DNA of 52,630 nucleotides, counting the filler, from Jimgerdemannia flammicorona (taxonomy: Eukaryota): the NCBI GenBank assembly GCA_003990765.1. It is 2 parts of 2 records of this genome, joined end to end, with 100 filler letters (N's around TTAATTAATTAA, not from the genome) between each part and the next. Parts side by side here need not be neighbours in the genome. Positions count along the whole stretch, not along the records: positions 26,369 to 52,630 come from RBNJ01000743.1; 1 more part is not named here. The stretch is one strand, 5' to 3'. Position numbers and translations under genes: made by a program. Shown piece after piece: positions 36,712-48,109 of the stretch. The first letter of the stretch is position 1; each line of letters begins with the position of its first letter. The notes beneath the pieces were generated by a model. The model worked only from the letters and a program-made list of their open reading frames with translations, searched no databases and was not told where the DNA came from.

Positions 36712-37068
36712 TGTCAGTCTTCAAGTTCAACCTCACACTTCGAGGGCTTCTCGAATACATTAGATGGCAGTCACGGGCCTTGGCGCGTCATGTCCTATTC
36801 CGAAACAGCCTTTAGCCTGAACAGTGAAAATTATTCACTTGTACCTTTCTATCAATTACATTTATGGTTTTCTGAAAACCATTCGTCGTCACCCCAAAGC
36901 TAATGATTTATAAATATATTCTCAAACGATTTGGATACATATGTATATACAAATATATATCATGACACGAAAACATGAATAAAATTGCCAAAACCGATAC
37001 CAAAGGAGAAAAAAAAAAAAAAAAAAAAAAATCCTCTAAGGTGTTCACTCCATTCAATTCCAGCATTT

Positions 37069-37286
37069 TTAGACGAACCACATTCTCTATTGTATTACAA
37101 AAAGAGAAAAACAATGATACTAAACCATAGCGTTTATAGTAGCAACATGAGATCGTATAACTTGTCCACTTACTCCTTTGAGACGTTGATTTAGAGGCTC
37201 AAAAAGCAAAGATGGATCTTCCTGACTGTCAGGAGTACGCTTGCTGTCTTCGTCGGACCATCTGCTGTAATCCTTGAGGTGGGTTC

Positions 37287-37355
<69 letters not shown>

Positions 37356-39492
37356 ACAAGCCCATTCACGATGAGTTAAAGCAAACAAATAACAACACAT
37401 ACATATCGAAATACGAACCTAATCCTATATCCAGCCATATCAGCGTAAAACACGGGCAGAACGACCGAGACAGAACGCGTGCATCGACCGTAAGTGTAGC
37501 ACAGGCGGTAGCAGAGATTTTGAAGTTCATCTGCCTCCAAATCGTATTCATCGTGGAGCACCTGATAGTGCGTTGGACGGGACGTTCCCTGAATCCCCGC
37601 ATGTGATTGAAGGACTGCGCAAAGGGGTGTGATGTTTAACATAAATCAGCTCCCAAAGCATCGCAAAAAATTTATGCAGCGTATGCCAATCCTGGCGATG
37701 GTGTGTACATATATCGAATTCCCAACTAATGGGCATGCCTCAGAAGTATGTTATCGACACTGCACATTGCACTTCTGTTCATGTTCTCCTCGACGTTGGT
37801 TAGCCTTAAGTTGCAGTGACCCTCACAAATCGTTACAACCTCCAAATCCTCCAGAAACGCATGTTTCCGAAGGAGAGGGAGGTTGTTCAGTATGTCTTCA
37901 CATAGGTAAGTTTTCACACACACACACGGCACTCACCTTCCACAATCTTGCACACCTCGATGGGGAAATACAAATCCGTCTTCTTGTTGACAATTACACA
38001 GGGCAGGCAGGCACCAAATTTTAATTGACGATTATACTGTTTCTCGAAATATTCCACCACAGTCAACTCCTTATTTGTTTGGTCGTCCTTAAACTTGATC
38101 TTATCAGCCGTCACCGACGAAACCCCGTCGATTCTATAGCGTGGGCGCTGCTCGCCACGATGTATCAGTTCGATTTCGACGCCACGATATTCCTATCAAT
38201 TTTTAAATATATATATATAATTATATATACCATAACGGGAGGACGGAACAAATGATTATAAGACAAAAAGAAGAGGAGGATGAGTTCGGTAAAGAAATCT
38301 TGCAAAGTCGATACCTTGTTAACATCATCAATTTGCCGTCTGTTAAGGCCTCTGGACCTGAGAAAATCATCTGGCCTTCTACCAAGAAATTCGGCCATCA
38401 TGTCGACAAGATTTCCGGCCCTGCGAAAGACGGCGGAGACGGCGTCTATGTTGAGCACGAGTTTTCCTGCGACAGTAAATAACATCGAAGTAAACATTTG
38501 ATGTGAGCAATCATCCATCGGTATTTGAATACGTACATGTGCTGCGCATCAACATCCAAGACCATTATGAGATCAGTGTACACCTACTGACCAGTCGGTT
38601 TTCATCCATTCCAACACCTCCCATCCTAATACTTTGGAAGGCGCCCAGCCAAACATCAAGACCGCCCCCCATTCGGATAGCGCCCTGGGAACGATAGATA
38701 TTTTTACTCGAAGCGGTGTACCGTTGTGCAGGCCATTGATGCAACATGACGTCCAAATAGTTCAAGGAACTACGATTGAGCGACTTTGTCGCTATCGGCG
38801 GGAGGCACTCCTCGGAGATAATTGTTAAGAGCGTCCATCAGGTTCGTGTTTACGAGTTCAAGGACAATTTTGTAAACATCGCTAGAACCGCTGGGGGATT
38901 TAAGTGTAACCTAGAAATTGTCATCGTCGTCGTTAGCTGGAGATAATTGATAACAATACTAAAAACTGCATCGACGCCAGATATCAAAAGAATTATTGTT
39001 GAGTGCACAATGCCACATCGTGGTGACCTACCTCAGACACAAGTTTGTCCTGCGACAGCTTCGCGTACGAGTACATGTTATTCTCGCCATCATACGCCAC
39101 GCGAATCTTACTTTGGAGGTCTTTTTCAACATATTGTCGAATAATCTGCAATGCCTTTTCAGGGGAGATCTCGTCTTTGCCAGCTTTACCAGCTTTGCCA
39201 GCTTTGCCAGCTTTGCCAGCTTTGCTGGCTTTACCAGCATTGCCAGTTTTGACGGGGGTGGGTCCCGTAAGTACCTTATTGGTTATCTTGCAGTCGTAAT
39301 GATAATGAGGACCTGCATTTGTGTACCACGTAAGATAAAAAGTGAGACTGTAAAGAGCAGAATACTAATTATGTTGAGAAAATCAGTACCTGATCTATCC
39401 CGTAGTAATTAATTTGTGCGGACGACAACGACACGGCCCTGAATGCCGACAGCGGGTCTCTTTGGAAGGGTGAGAGTAAGGTCGGTGGACAT
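37069..39492 (-). pseudogene. AGO: Argonaute gene, frameshifted and lacking L2/MID/most of PIWI
   Basis: N-domain: MSTDLTLTLPKRPAVGIQGRVVVVRTN, YHYDCKI, AYDGENNMYS. L1: GGGLDVWLGAFQSIR, GKLVLNID. PAZ: TVVEYFEKQYNRQLKFGACLPCVIV..YFPIEVCKI. PIWI C-term: [44 protein letters not shown]. Terminal RMWFV*. A 4-bp AATT duplication at ~39410 and a frameshift at ~38775. Confidence 0.9.
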
Positions 39493-40124
39493 AGTTTTCT
39501 TTGTGTGTGTGTAGAAAAATGGGGGTTACAAGGGTATACGAGCCGAGGCCGATGCCGATGCCAATGGAGTTTGCTTAACTTCAATGGCCAGTTCCTGATA
39601 TGTGATGTAATGTGTCACGTGCCAGTATGACGTACTGGCGCTGCTCGTTTCCATGTTTTCGTTTCCCTGCCTTTTCCATCATTTCCTTTGTCATTTTTGG
39701 CCCTTTTTGACTAATTAGTTCAACATGTGTCAAGCGAATGGTTGACCCCGACCACCGAATGTCTTTGTGCAGAATCCAATGGAATGATGCTCAAACACCT
39801 TAGCTTAGCATTCTGATGAACGTGGCATAGTCTATGGTCGACCTAGCAGCCTGGATTATCGATATCGCAGAAATCGAGCTGTCGCGTGGAAGAGAAATCG
39901 ATTGGTGAGTGGGCGGGAGCGGAAGGTGGTGCCTCTGTCCATGATGAATTGGAGATAGTCGTAGTCGATGACATGGCTTGGGATGGATCTTGTGGGGATG
40001 AAGATAAATGGTGGCCTTTTATTTATTATGTGTAGATATATATTGATTTGTTATAATAGGTTGCAATACTATTAGCAACAGAGGAATATATGTATAAAAA
40101 TTTATACACATTCAACGACATAAT

Positions 40125-41135
40125 GTGCTCCATTTCTACAAGCTTATCCTGTTCACAATCCGCGCTTCGGCTAGTGCGATGGTTCCCTTCTCGCCAACAC
40201 GATTCACTACAGGGGGAACGCACGGGCTGTACGTGCGCGGTCGTCAGCTGGAAGGCCAAACAAAAAACGTAACGCGCTTCGTTCCTACATACCTTGTAGG
40301 TTCAGGTTCTGCAGGCCCGTGTTCATTTTCAGCGCGTCGGCTATCCCTTCTCGCCAACACTATTATCTACAGGGAGAACGCACGGGATGTACGCGTGCGG
40401 TCGTCAGCTGGAAGGCCAAACAGACGAACTTAAAAAAACGTAACGCGCTTCGTTCCTACGTATGGCCTAGGTTCAGGTTCTGCAAGCCCGTGTTCGTTCT
40501 TAGCGTGTCGGCTAGTGCGATGGCTCCCTTCTCTCCAATACTCTTGGCTACAACGTCATTGTCAGCTAGAACACTAAGCCGATGAATTCAAAAATACAAT
40601 GCTTTTTCTTCCTGCATACTCTGTAGATACTCCGGCTAGTACGCTGGCTCCTTTGTCACCAATACCAACATCTGCAGAGGAACACATAAAATGTATGCAC
40701 ATGGTTGTCAGTTGAAATATATGGCAAATGGATGCAAAATATTATGTATCTCATTCCTACAAACTTTCTTGATTCAGGATTTGCAGGCTCGCGTTCACTT
40801 TCAATGCTTCAACTATTGCGCTGGCTCCCTCCTCATCAATACCATTATCTACAGAGGAACGTGAACCCATCGCTGTCAGCTAGAACACTAAGCAGATGAA
40901 CGCAAAATACAACGCGCCTTATTCATTCCTACATACTGCGTAGATCCAGGTTTGGCAGGCTTATGTTTGCTTTCAGCACTTTGGCTAATATGCTGACTCC
41001 TTTCTTGTCAATATGATTATCTACAGAATGGCACATATATTATATGTATGATATTTAGCTGAAATGCTAAACAGTTGAATGTAAATAAAAAATGTGCTTC
41101 ATTTCTACATATGTACTGCAGGGGTCTGAGTTTTA
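40125..41135 (-). pseudogene. RNI-like (NLRC3/ribonuclease-inhibitor-type) leucine-rich-repeat gene remnant, one repeat per exon
   Basis: 84-bp phase-1 exons 41020-40937 (NHIDKKGVSILAKVLKANISLPNLDLR) and 40848-40765 (NGIDEEGASAIVEALKVNASLQILNQE), plus damaged copies (NSVGEKG-ADALKMNTGLQNLNLQ, NRVGEKGTIALAEA). Flanked by repeated CTGTAG and GT(A/T)TGT splice sites. The 5' part is lost at the TE nest. Confidence 0.8.
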
Positions 41136-41139
41136 CAGG

Positions 41140-41195
41140 TAATGCTCTCAAATGAATTGAATCAAATTGGGATCAAATTTGATTCAATTTGATTT
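41140..41195. mobile_element. Left end of a second copy of the hAT-like MITE, interrupted by an LTR
   Basis: TAATGCTCTCAAATGAATTGAATCAAAT matches the TIR at 2081. Confidence 0.65.
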
Positions 41196-41414
41196 TGTTA
41201 GAGGGTTGCTTTTTAGGGTAACTGTTACATAGTTCTGGAAGGGTTTTCTGGAAGTTCTAGATATTCTGGAAGACTATTTTCTTATGGTCAAGATCAATTT
41301 TGTATGGAGTATATCCTATACTTATTGATTTCAAGATTGAGTTGATGTCTCAACCAAAGTCCTTTTTTGGACTAGTTCTGGATGTTCAGAATTTCTGTAT
41401 TTCAGAAAGTTCAA

Positions 41415-44400
41415 TATAAGTGCACAACCTCCAAGCCACCAAAATTGCATGGTATCCTCAGAACTAATTTGGAAACCATATGCGAGACTACAAAACAAGT
41501 TACTGAAGAGATCATCTGGTTACACGAAATATGCTAGCAAGCATGAGAACTCACCACCAAGATACAAGAATACTAGAAGAAGTACTACAACCACAAGACT
41601 AACTCTGAATCACTATAACTAGCTTGGTGTACTGTACTATTATAAAAGGAAACCAAAAGTACCAAACTCAAATTGAGACAAGAAGAACTCTATCTTATCT
41701 ACCAAAAGGTTCATGAACTATACTTATCAACTCAAGACCAAGATACACTGTGACTATACAAGACCTCATTACTTAGCAGAAGTAAAATGTATTTGAACAA
41801 CTCCATTTGCTCTATCTGTATCACCTCTGTTGGAGAGTGACAGATGCTTCATCTGAACTCAAGAAAGCCAACATCATCGAAACCAATCTCAAGCCATCCA
41901 TGTGACAGATATTACTACTAGAAATTGCCTCAGATTACAGAAAATATCACTTCTGAAAGGTTCAAACTCCCAGCTACAACATTGGGAGCCCTTGTCCTAG
42001 ATGAGAATGGCCAGTCCTCACAAATATGCCAGCAGACCAAAAAAAAAGAAAACCAAGACCTGTTATCCTTGTGCAACTACCGCCACCAAGGACAGCCTTA
42101 ATCTTACAAGAGATAGAAGTGATGATACCTTGAAACTGATGATATCAGAAGTCAGAAAACTGCTCAGACTTTGTTAGAGATGATGTCATTGATAGTGATA
42201 TCATCGAAGACTACCCAGACAGTATCTAAATCTATAAATAGCTTAGCAGTCATAGTATAGTTAGATTAGCCTTGTATAATATAACTGTAAACTGACTCAG
42301 CAGTCAGATGATCTCTTGATATATCAGATCACACTTATACTATGTGACTATATTTCGACTCAGCAAGACACTTAGTGCTATATCCATATTTAGCATAGTC
42401 CAGATAGCCCCTCACTAGTATAAATACCCCCTCTCCCAGACCTCAGAATCTCAGACTTGAAAGACTTAAAAGACTTGAACAATCTGAATACAACTCCTAA
42501 GCACTTCTCCACAATACCTCTTTATATAACTACTTCTAGTATAGCAATATCATGAATAGTGAATAAACCTATTTAATAATCCACAAACCACTCTTAAGTA
42601 AATCTGCTCCCTGTTAGGTCCCACTCCTAACTCCATTATGAAATTTCTAATTAGGCATTGTCTGTAGCGATATGCTGATTCAACTAAGCTGGTCTTAGTT
42701 TCTTAAACTTCCTGAAATACAGAAAATCCTGAACATCCAGAACTAGTCTAAAAAAGGACTTTGGTTGAGATGTCAACCCAATCTTAAAATCAATAAGTAT
42801 AGAGGATGTACTCTATACAAAATTGATCTTGACTATAAGAAAACAGTCTTCTAGAACATCCAGAACTTCCAGAAAACCCTTCCAGAACTACATAACAGTT
42901 ACTCTAAAAAGCAACCCTCTTACAACTTGGTAGCAGCAGTTTACAATCCAATTCCACTTCAAGACACTTTCTCACCCTACTACAAACCCTTCTGAGAATT
43001 CCTACAAGTTGGTATAAAGCCCAACCTCTGAACTGAAATTTATCCTGAATCATCTGACAATCTGGAGAAAATTGAACCTGATGTACAAGGACAATTTGAT
43101 CTCCATATCTGCAACAAGTGGGATAAACTTCAGTCAAAGAAAGAAATACTCCAGTTAAATCAGCAAATAGGCAAAACCTTATTCACCAAACTCCTTGCTC
43201 TACACCCAGTAAGTAAAGATGAAGAAGGTCTTATAGAAGCCTTCTTTACTCTTCTCAACAAGAGTTTTGTCAGCTCTACAAATCCAAGTGACCTAGGACA
43301 ACCAGCAGTAGTCTTTCTAGCCTTAGTTCCTCATGAAGCTCAAGTCTCTATAGCCAAGTGGCTCAACTCTACTGACTTTTACTGTACCAGGACCAAGACT
43401 GCACTATACTACCGATTCCAGAACAGCAAGGCCCACTATATTCTTAAAGAAGAAGCAAGAGAAACCCTTCATCAACTACTCAACTCTGAACCTGAAGCAG
43501 GCTCTACTACAGCTCTATCTGAATCTGAAACCAATACTGAACCTGAACTTGACTTTGAATTAAGTCCATCTGAAATCAGATATACAACTGATTCTGTCTA
43601 CTTTGATGCTGAGCAAACCCAATTACATGGGGATCAAACTGAAGAAGAGGAGGAGTATCTCAGTGAATTCGATTACAAATACACCACCAAAGGAGATGTA
43701 CCTCCATCAGGACAGAATATACCTACATAGCAACAAACAGCTATCTATTAAGCCCTTACTCCAGACCCACAACTACTACTCCAGCAACTTATACAGACCC
43801 AAAGAACACCCTCACACTCTGCATCAGTACCTCAAGTAGAACCAGTAACACCACTATCAGTAGTCCAACTGCCTCTAGCAAACAATATGGTGAACTAACA
43901 GATTCTAGACCTCATAGTCCAGGTAGCCATAATGGTAGCAACCATTACTACCTTAGCTGAACAGACCCAATCTACCAAAAATCTGAGTCTACCTACCTTC
44001 AATAGTACTGCACAAGAAGTCCAAAGCTTTATTAGTATAGTTGACACCAACTTCAAAGCCAATCAATGGACCAATGAGTGAGTTGCTGACCATATTCTGA
44101 CAAACAATCAAGACCACACTCTGGAACAACTCTTTGCTACCACTACAGCCTATGTCCACCAAGTTGTTATATTCTTCTGAGGACCTGCCAAAGAATAGTG
44201 GTAAACCCTTCCTGAAAAACCCCTCATATAGGATACCTGATCTGCAGTAGTTACTCAGAATGCAGCAAACAATGCCCCAGAATATAGAGTCCATCCTGCA
44301 GCCCCTGGACTCAAACAACTCATGATTGCTCAATACTGCAGCAAAACTATGATCACTGAATCTCAAGTAAAACTCTGCAACCTCAAATTTGATGTACATG

Positions 44401-47400
44401 ACAAAGAGGAATTTGAAACCTTCTATACAAAACTTGAGTCACTCCTGAACACTATTGGTCTAGGATATATCACCAATGATGAAGCATAAAATAGTACAAG
44501 AGCAGACTATTTATTTGATGCACTACCTGAATGGCTTACTAGAAAAATCTGAGAACAAGGCTGCTCAGTTGGTTGTGATCACCAACAATAGTGCCTGGTA
44601 AGAATCAAGACTATGGTCAAGTAAATCTTAACAGCTGGACCAATTCTGCCCCAAAGACAATTTAACAATAAGGAAAAGACTTGGACTAAGAAAGAAGAAC
44701 CCAAGTATGAAGCATCCCAAGCTCCCTCCACATTTACCTCATGGACACCCAGAAATCATGAATCCACTCAGCCAAGTACCTTCAAGAAACTCACTGAAGG
44801 TGAAAGAAATGAACTTCAAAGAAGTGGAGCATACTTCTATTGCTAAAAGATAGGACATATGGCCAGTGCCTGCCCCAACTGAAAACCCCAAACAGCAATA
44901 TGAGTAACTATTACTACTCTGCACCACCTCAATAACCTGACCACTAGAACACTAGACTTCATCAAGTTAAGGCAAACTACCAAGGCTCTAACCAAAGGAA
45001 GTCAAAAAGCAGCTGAATATGATCTGTATGCAGCTGAAGAAGCTATAGTTTCTAACTGAGAAGTCAAATAAGTCTATATAGGAATTAGTATCCAAATCCC
45101 TAAAAGATATATTGGAAGAATATACTGTCACAGCAGCCTAGCATTGAAAGGACTCTCAGTAGAAGGAGGAGTCATTGATGAGGATTATACAGGCAAAATT
45201 ATTGTCCTCATCCAAAACCACAGTTAGACACCCTTCAAGATCTCTATTGGTTTCTACATTGTACAGATTCTATTCAAAAAAATTGAATCAACCCTGACAG
45301 TTAAGGAAGTCCCTGAACTACTGCCCACTATTTGAGGATTCAAAGGATTTGGCTCATCAAACAAGGCCCCAGCCTAACCTACTATGAATAAAGAAGAACA
45401 ATTCTATAAGAAAATCGAAGATGGATATGTACCAAGTGGCCGATGCCTCCATGGTATTGGAATGTACTCTTCCTGAATGATTGATGATTGCTTCTCTTGT
45501 GTCAATGAACTGGCTCAAAGAAGAACTAACAGAAGGAAAGCTCCTACAACTGAAATCACTACCATTGGATCAGACAAACTGCTTACACTTAAAGCTTTTG
45601 TCAACCAAGCACCTGTCAAGATTATGATAGACAGTAGTGCCTCAGACAACTTCATCAATGAAGAGACAGCCAACAGACTTAAGGTCTTCACCTCTCTGGT
45701 ACAACAAACTCAAGCAGTTGCCACAGCTGATAAAACCTCACATGTTATTAGCAAAGAAGTCTGCAATCTACTCTTCTGAATTGGTGACTACATATCAAGT
45801 ATATGTTACCTTCCAAATTGTACCACTTCCTGATAATGAAATCATTCTTGGAACCCCATGGCTGAAATAAGAGAACCCTATAATCAATTGGGTAAACCAT
45901 TCTCTGACCATCAAAAAAGGATGCCACAACTTCAAACTGTAAGATGAAAAGGACCCACTTAGTTCTAGTAACTCTGGACCAAAGATCACTCACATCAATA
46001 AGCTCCAACTTAAGAAATTGGCCAAGAAATGCCCTCTCTTTGCCATCTCCATCTGCCCATCCAAAGGAGAACCTGAGAACTCTGAAGAAGATTTTTCCAA
46101 AGTTGACAGCTATATCAGACCACTACTCCAGAAAGCCTGAGATACATTTCTGAACCGAACCACAGAACCATCTGTATCTGTCATTATTAATGACCAAGAA
46201 GAATACAAAGTTAAACAAATCCTCAACAAACACAGCCACAAGAACCATCCAAATGGTACAACAACACCAGAATAAATTAGAAGGCCCTGATGAGGACATT
46301 GAAAGCTAAGAAGGGGAAAGTTGTAAGCACACAACCTCCAAGCCACCAAAATCACATGGCATCCTCAGAACTAATTTGGAAACCACATGCAAGACTACAA
46401 AAAAAGTTACTGAAGAGATCATCTGATTGCATGAAATATACCAGCAAGTACAAGAACCTACCACCAAGATACAAGAATACTAGAAGAAGTACTATAACCA
46501 CAAGACTGACTCTGAACCACTATAACTAGTTTAGTGTACTATACTATTACAAAAGGAAACCGAAAGTATCAAACTCAAATTGAGATAAGAAGAACCCTAT
46601 CTCATCTACCAAAAGGTTCATGAACTATACTTATCAACTCAAGACTAAGATATACTGTGACTATACAAGACCTCATTACTTAGCAGAAGTAAAACACATT
46701 TGAACAACTCTGTTCGCTCTATCTGTATCACCTCTATTGGAGAGTAACAAATGCTTCATCTGAACTCAAGAAAGCTGACATCATCAAAACCAATCTCAAG
46801 CCATCTATGTGACAGATATTACTACTAGAAATTGCCTCGGATTATAGAAAATATCATTTCTGAGAGGTTTGAACCCCCAGTTGTGACATTGGGAGCCCTC
46901 ACCCTAGATGAGAATGGCCAGTCCTCACAAATGTACCAACAGACCAAAAAAAAAGAGAACTAAGACCTGTTATCCTTGTGCAACCACTGCCACCAAGGAC
47001 AGTCTTAATCTTGTAAGAGATAGAAGTGATGACACCTTGAAACTGATGATATCAGAAGTCAGAAAACTGCTCAGACTTTGTCAGAGATAATGTCATCGAT
47101 GGTGATGTCATCAAAGACTATCCAGATAGTATCTAAACCTATAAATAGCTTAGCAGTCATAGTATAGTTAGATTAGCCTTATACAATATGACTGTGAACT
47201 GACTCAGCAGTCAGACAATCTCTTGACATATCAGATTATACTTGTACTATGTGACTGTATTCTGACTTAGTAAAGTACTTAGTGCTACATCCATATTTAG
47301 CATAGTCCAGATAGCCTCTCACTAGTATAAATACCCCCTCTCCTAAACCTCAGAATCTCAGACTTGAAAGACTTGAAAGACTTGAACAATCTGAACATAA

Positions 47401-47832
47401 CTTCTGAGCACTTCTCCACAATATCCCTTTACATAACTACTCTTAGTATAGCAATATCATAAATAGCGAATAAACCTATTTAATAACCCACAAATCACTC
47501 TTAAGTAAATCTGCTCCCTATTAGGTCCCACTCCTAACCCCATCATGAAATTTTCTAATTGGGTATTGTCTTCAGTGATACGCTGATTCAACTAAGCTAG
47601 TCTTAGTTTTTTGAACTTCCTAAAATATGGAAAATCCTGAACATCTAGAACTAGTCTGAAAAAGGACTTTAGTTGAGATGTCAATCTGATCTTGAAATCA
47701 ATAAGCATAGAGAACATACTCCATATGAAATTGATCTTGACCATAAGAAAATAGTCTTCCAGAACATCCAGAACTTCCAGAAAACTCTTCCAGAACTATG
47801 TAACAGTTACTCTAAAAAGCAACTCTCTTACA
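41415..47832 (+). mobile_element. Complete non-autonomous family-2 chromovirus: 1.51-kb LTRs (41415-42924, 46322-47832), gag-CCHC-dUTPase-protease, RT/RH/IN deleted, chromodomain stub, PPT
   Basis: 5-bp TSD TTCAA (41410-41414 / 47833-47837). PBS TGGTAGCAGCAG at 42928. Jump at ~46151 from the pre-RT spacer to SVIINDQEEYKVKQILNK (chromodomain start). PPT AAGAAGGGGAAAG before the 3' LTR. Confidence 0.9.
44945..45360 (+). pseudogene. dut: dUTPase domain of family 2 (copy 2)
   Basis: KAAEYDLYAAEEA, SSLALKGLSVEGGVIDEDYTG, GFKGFGSS. Confidence 0.85.
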
Positions 47833-48109
47833 TTCAAAAAACTAAGGCCAGCTTAGTTGAATTGGCATATCACTGCAGACAATATCCAATTAGGAAATTT
47901 CATGATAGGGTTAGGAGTGGGACCTAACTAGGAGCAGATTTACTTAAGAGTGGTTTGTGGGTTATTAAATAGGTTTATTTGCTATTTATGATATTACTAT
48001 ACTAGAAGTAGTTGTGTGAAGAAATATTGTGGGGAAGTGCTTCAGGAGTTGTATTCAGATTGTTCAGGTCTGAGATTCTGAGGTCTGGGAGAGGGGGTAT
48101 TTATACTAG

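Noticed and set aside
37120..37606. Poly-Lys / poly-Phe ORFs
   Set aside because: Artefacts of an intronic homopolymer (37289-37354) in the Argonaute gene.
40125..41135. CRISPR-like or non-coding tandem array
   Set aside because: The units are exon+intron repeats encoding LRRs, in a eukaryotic context with no cas genes.
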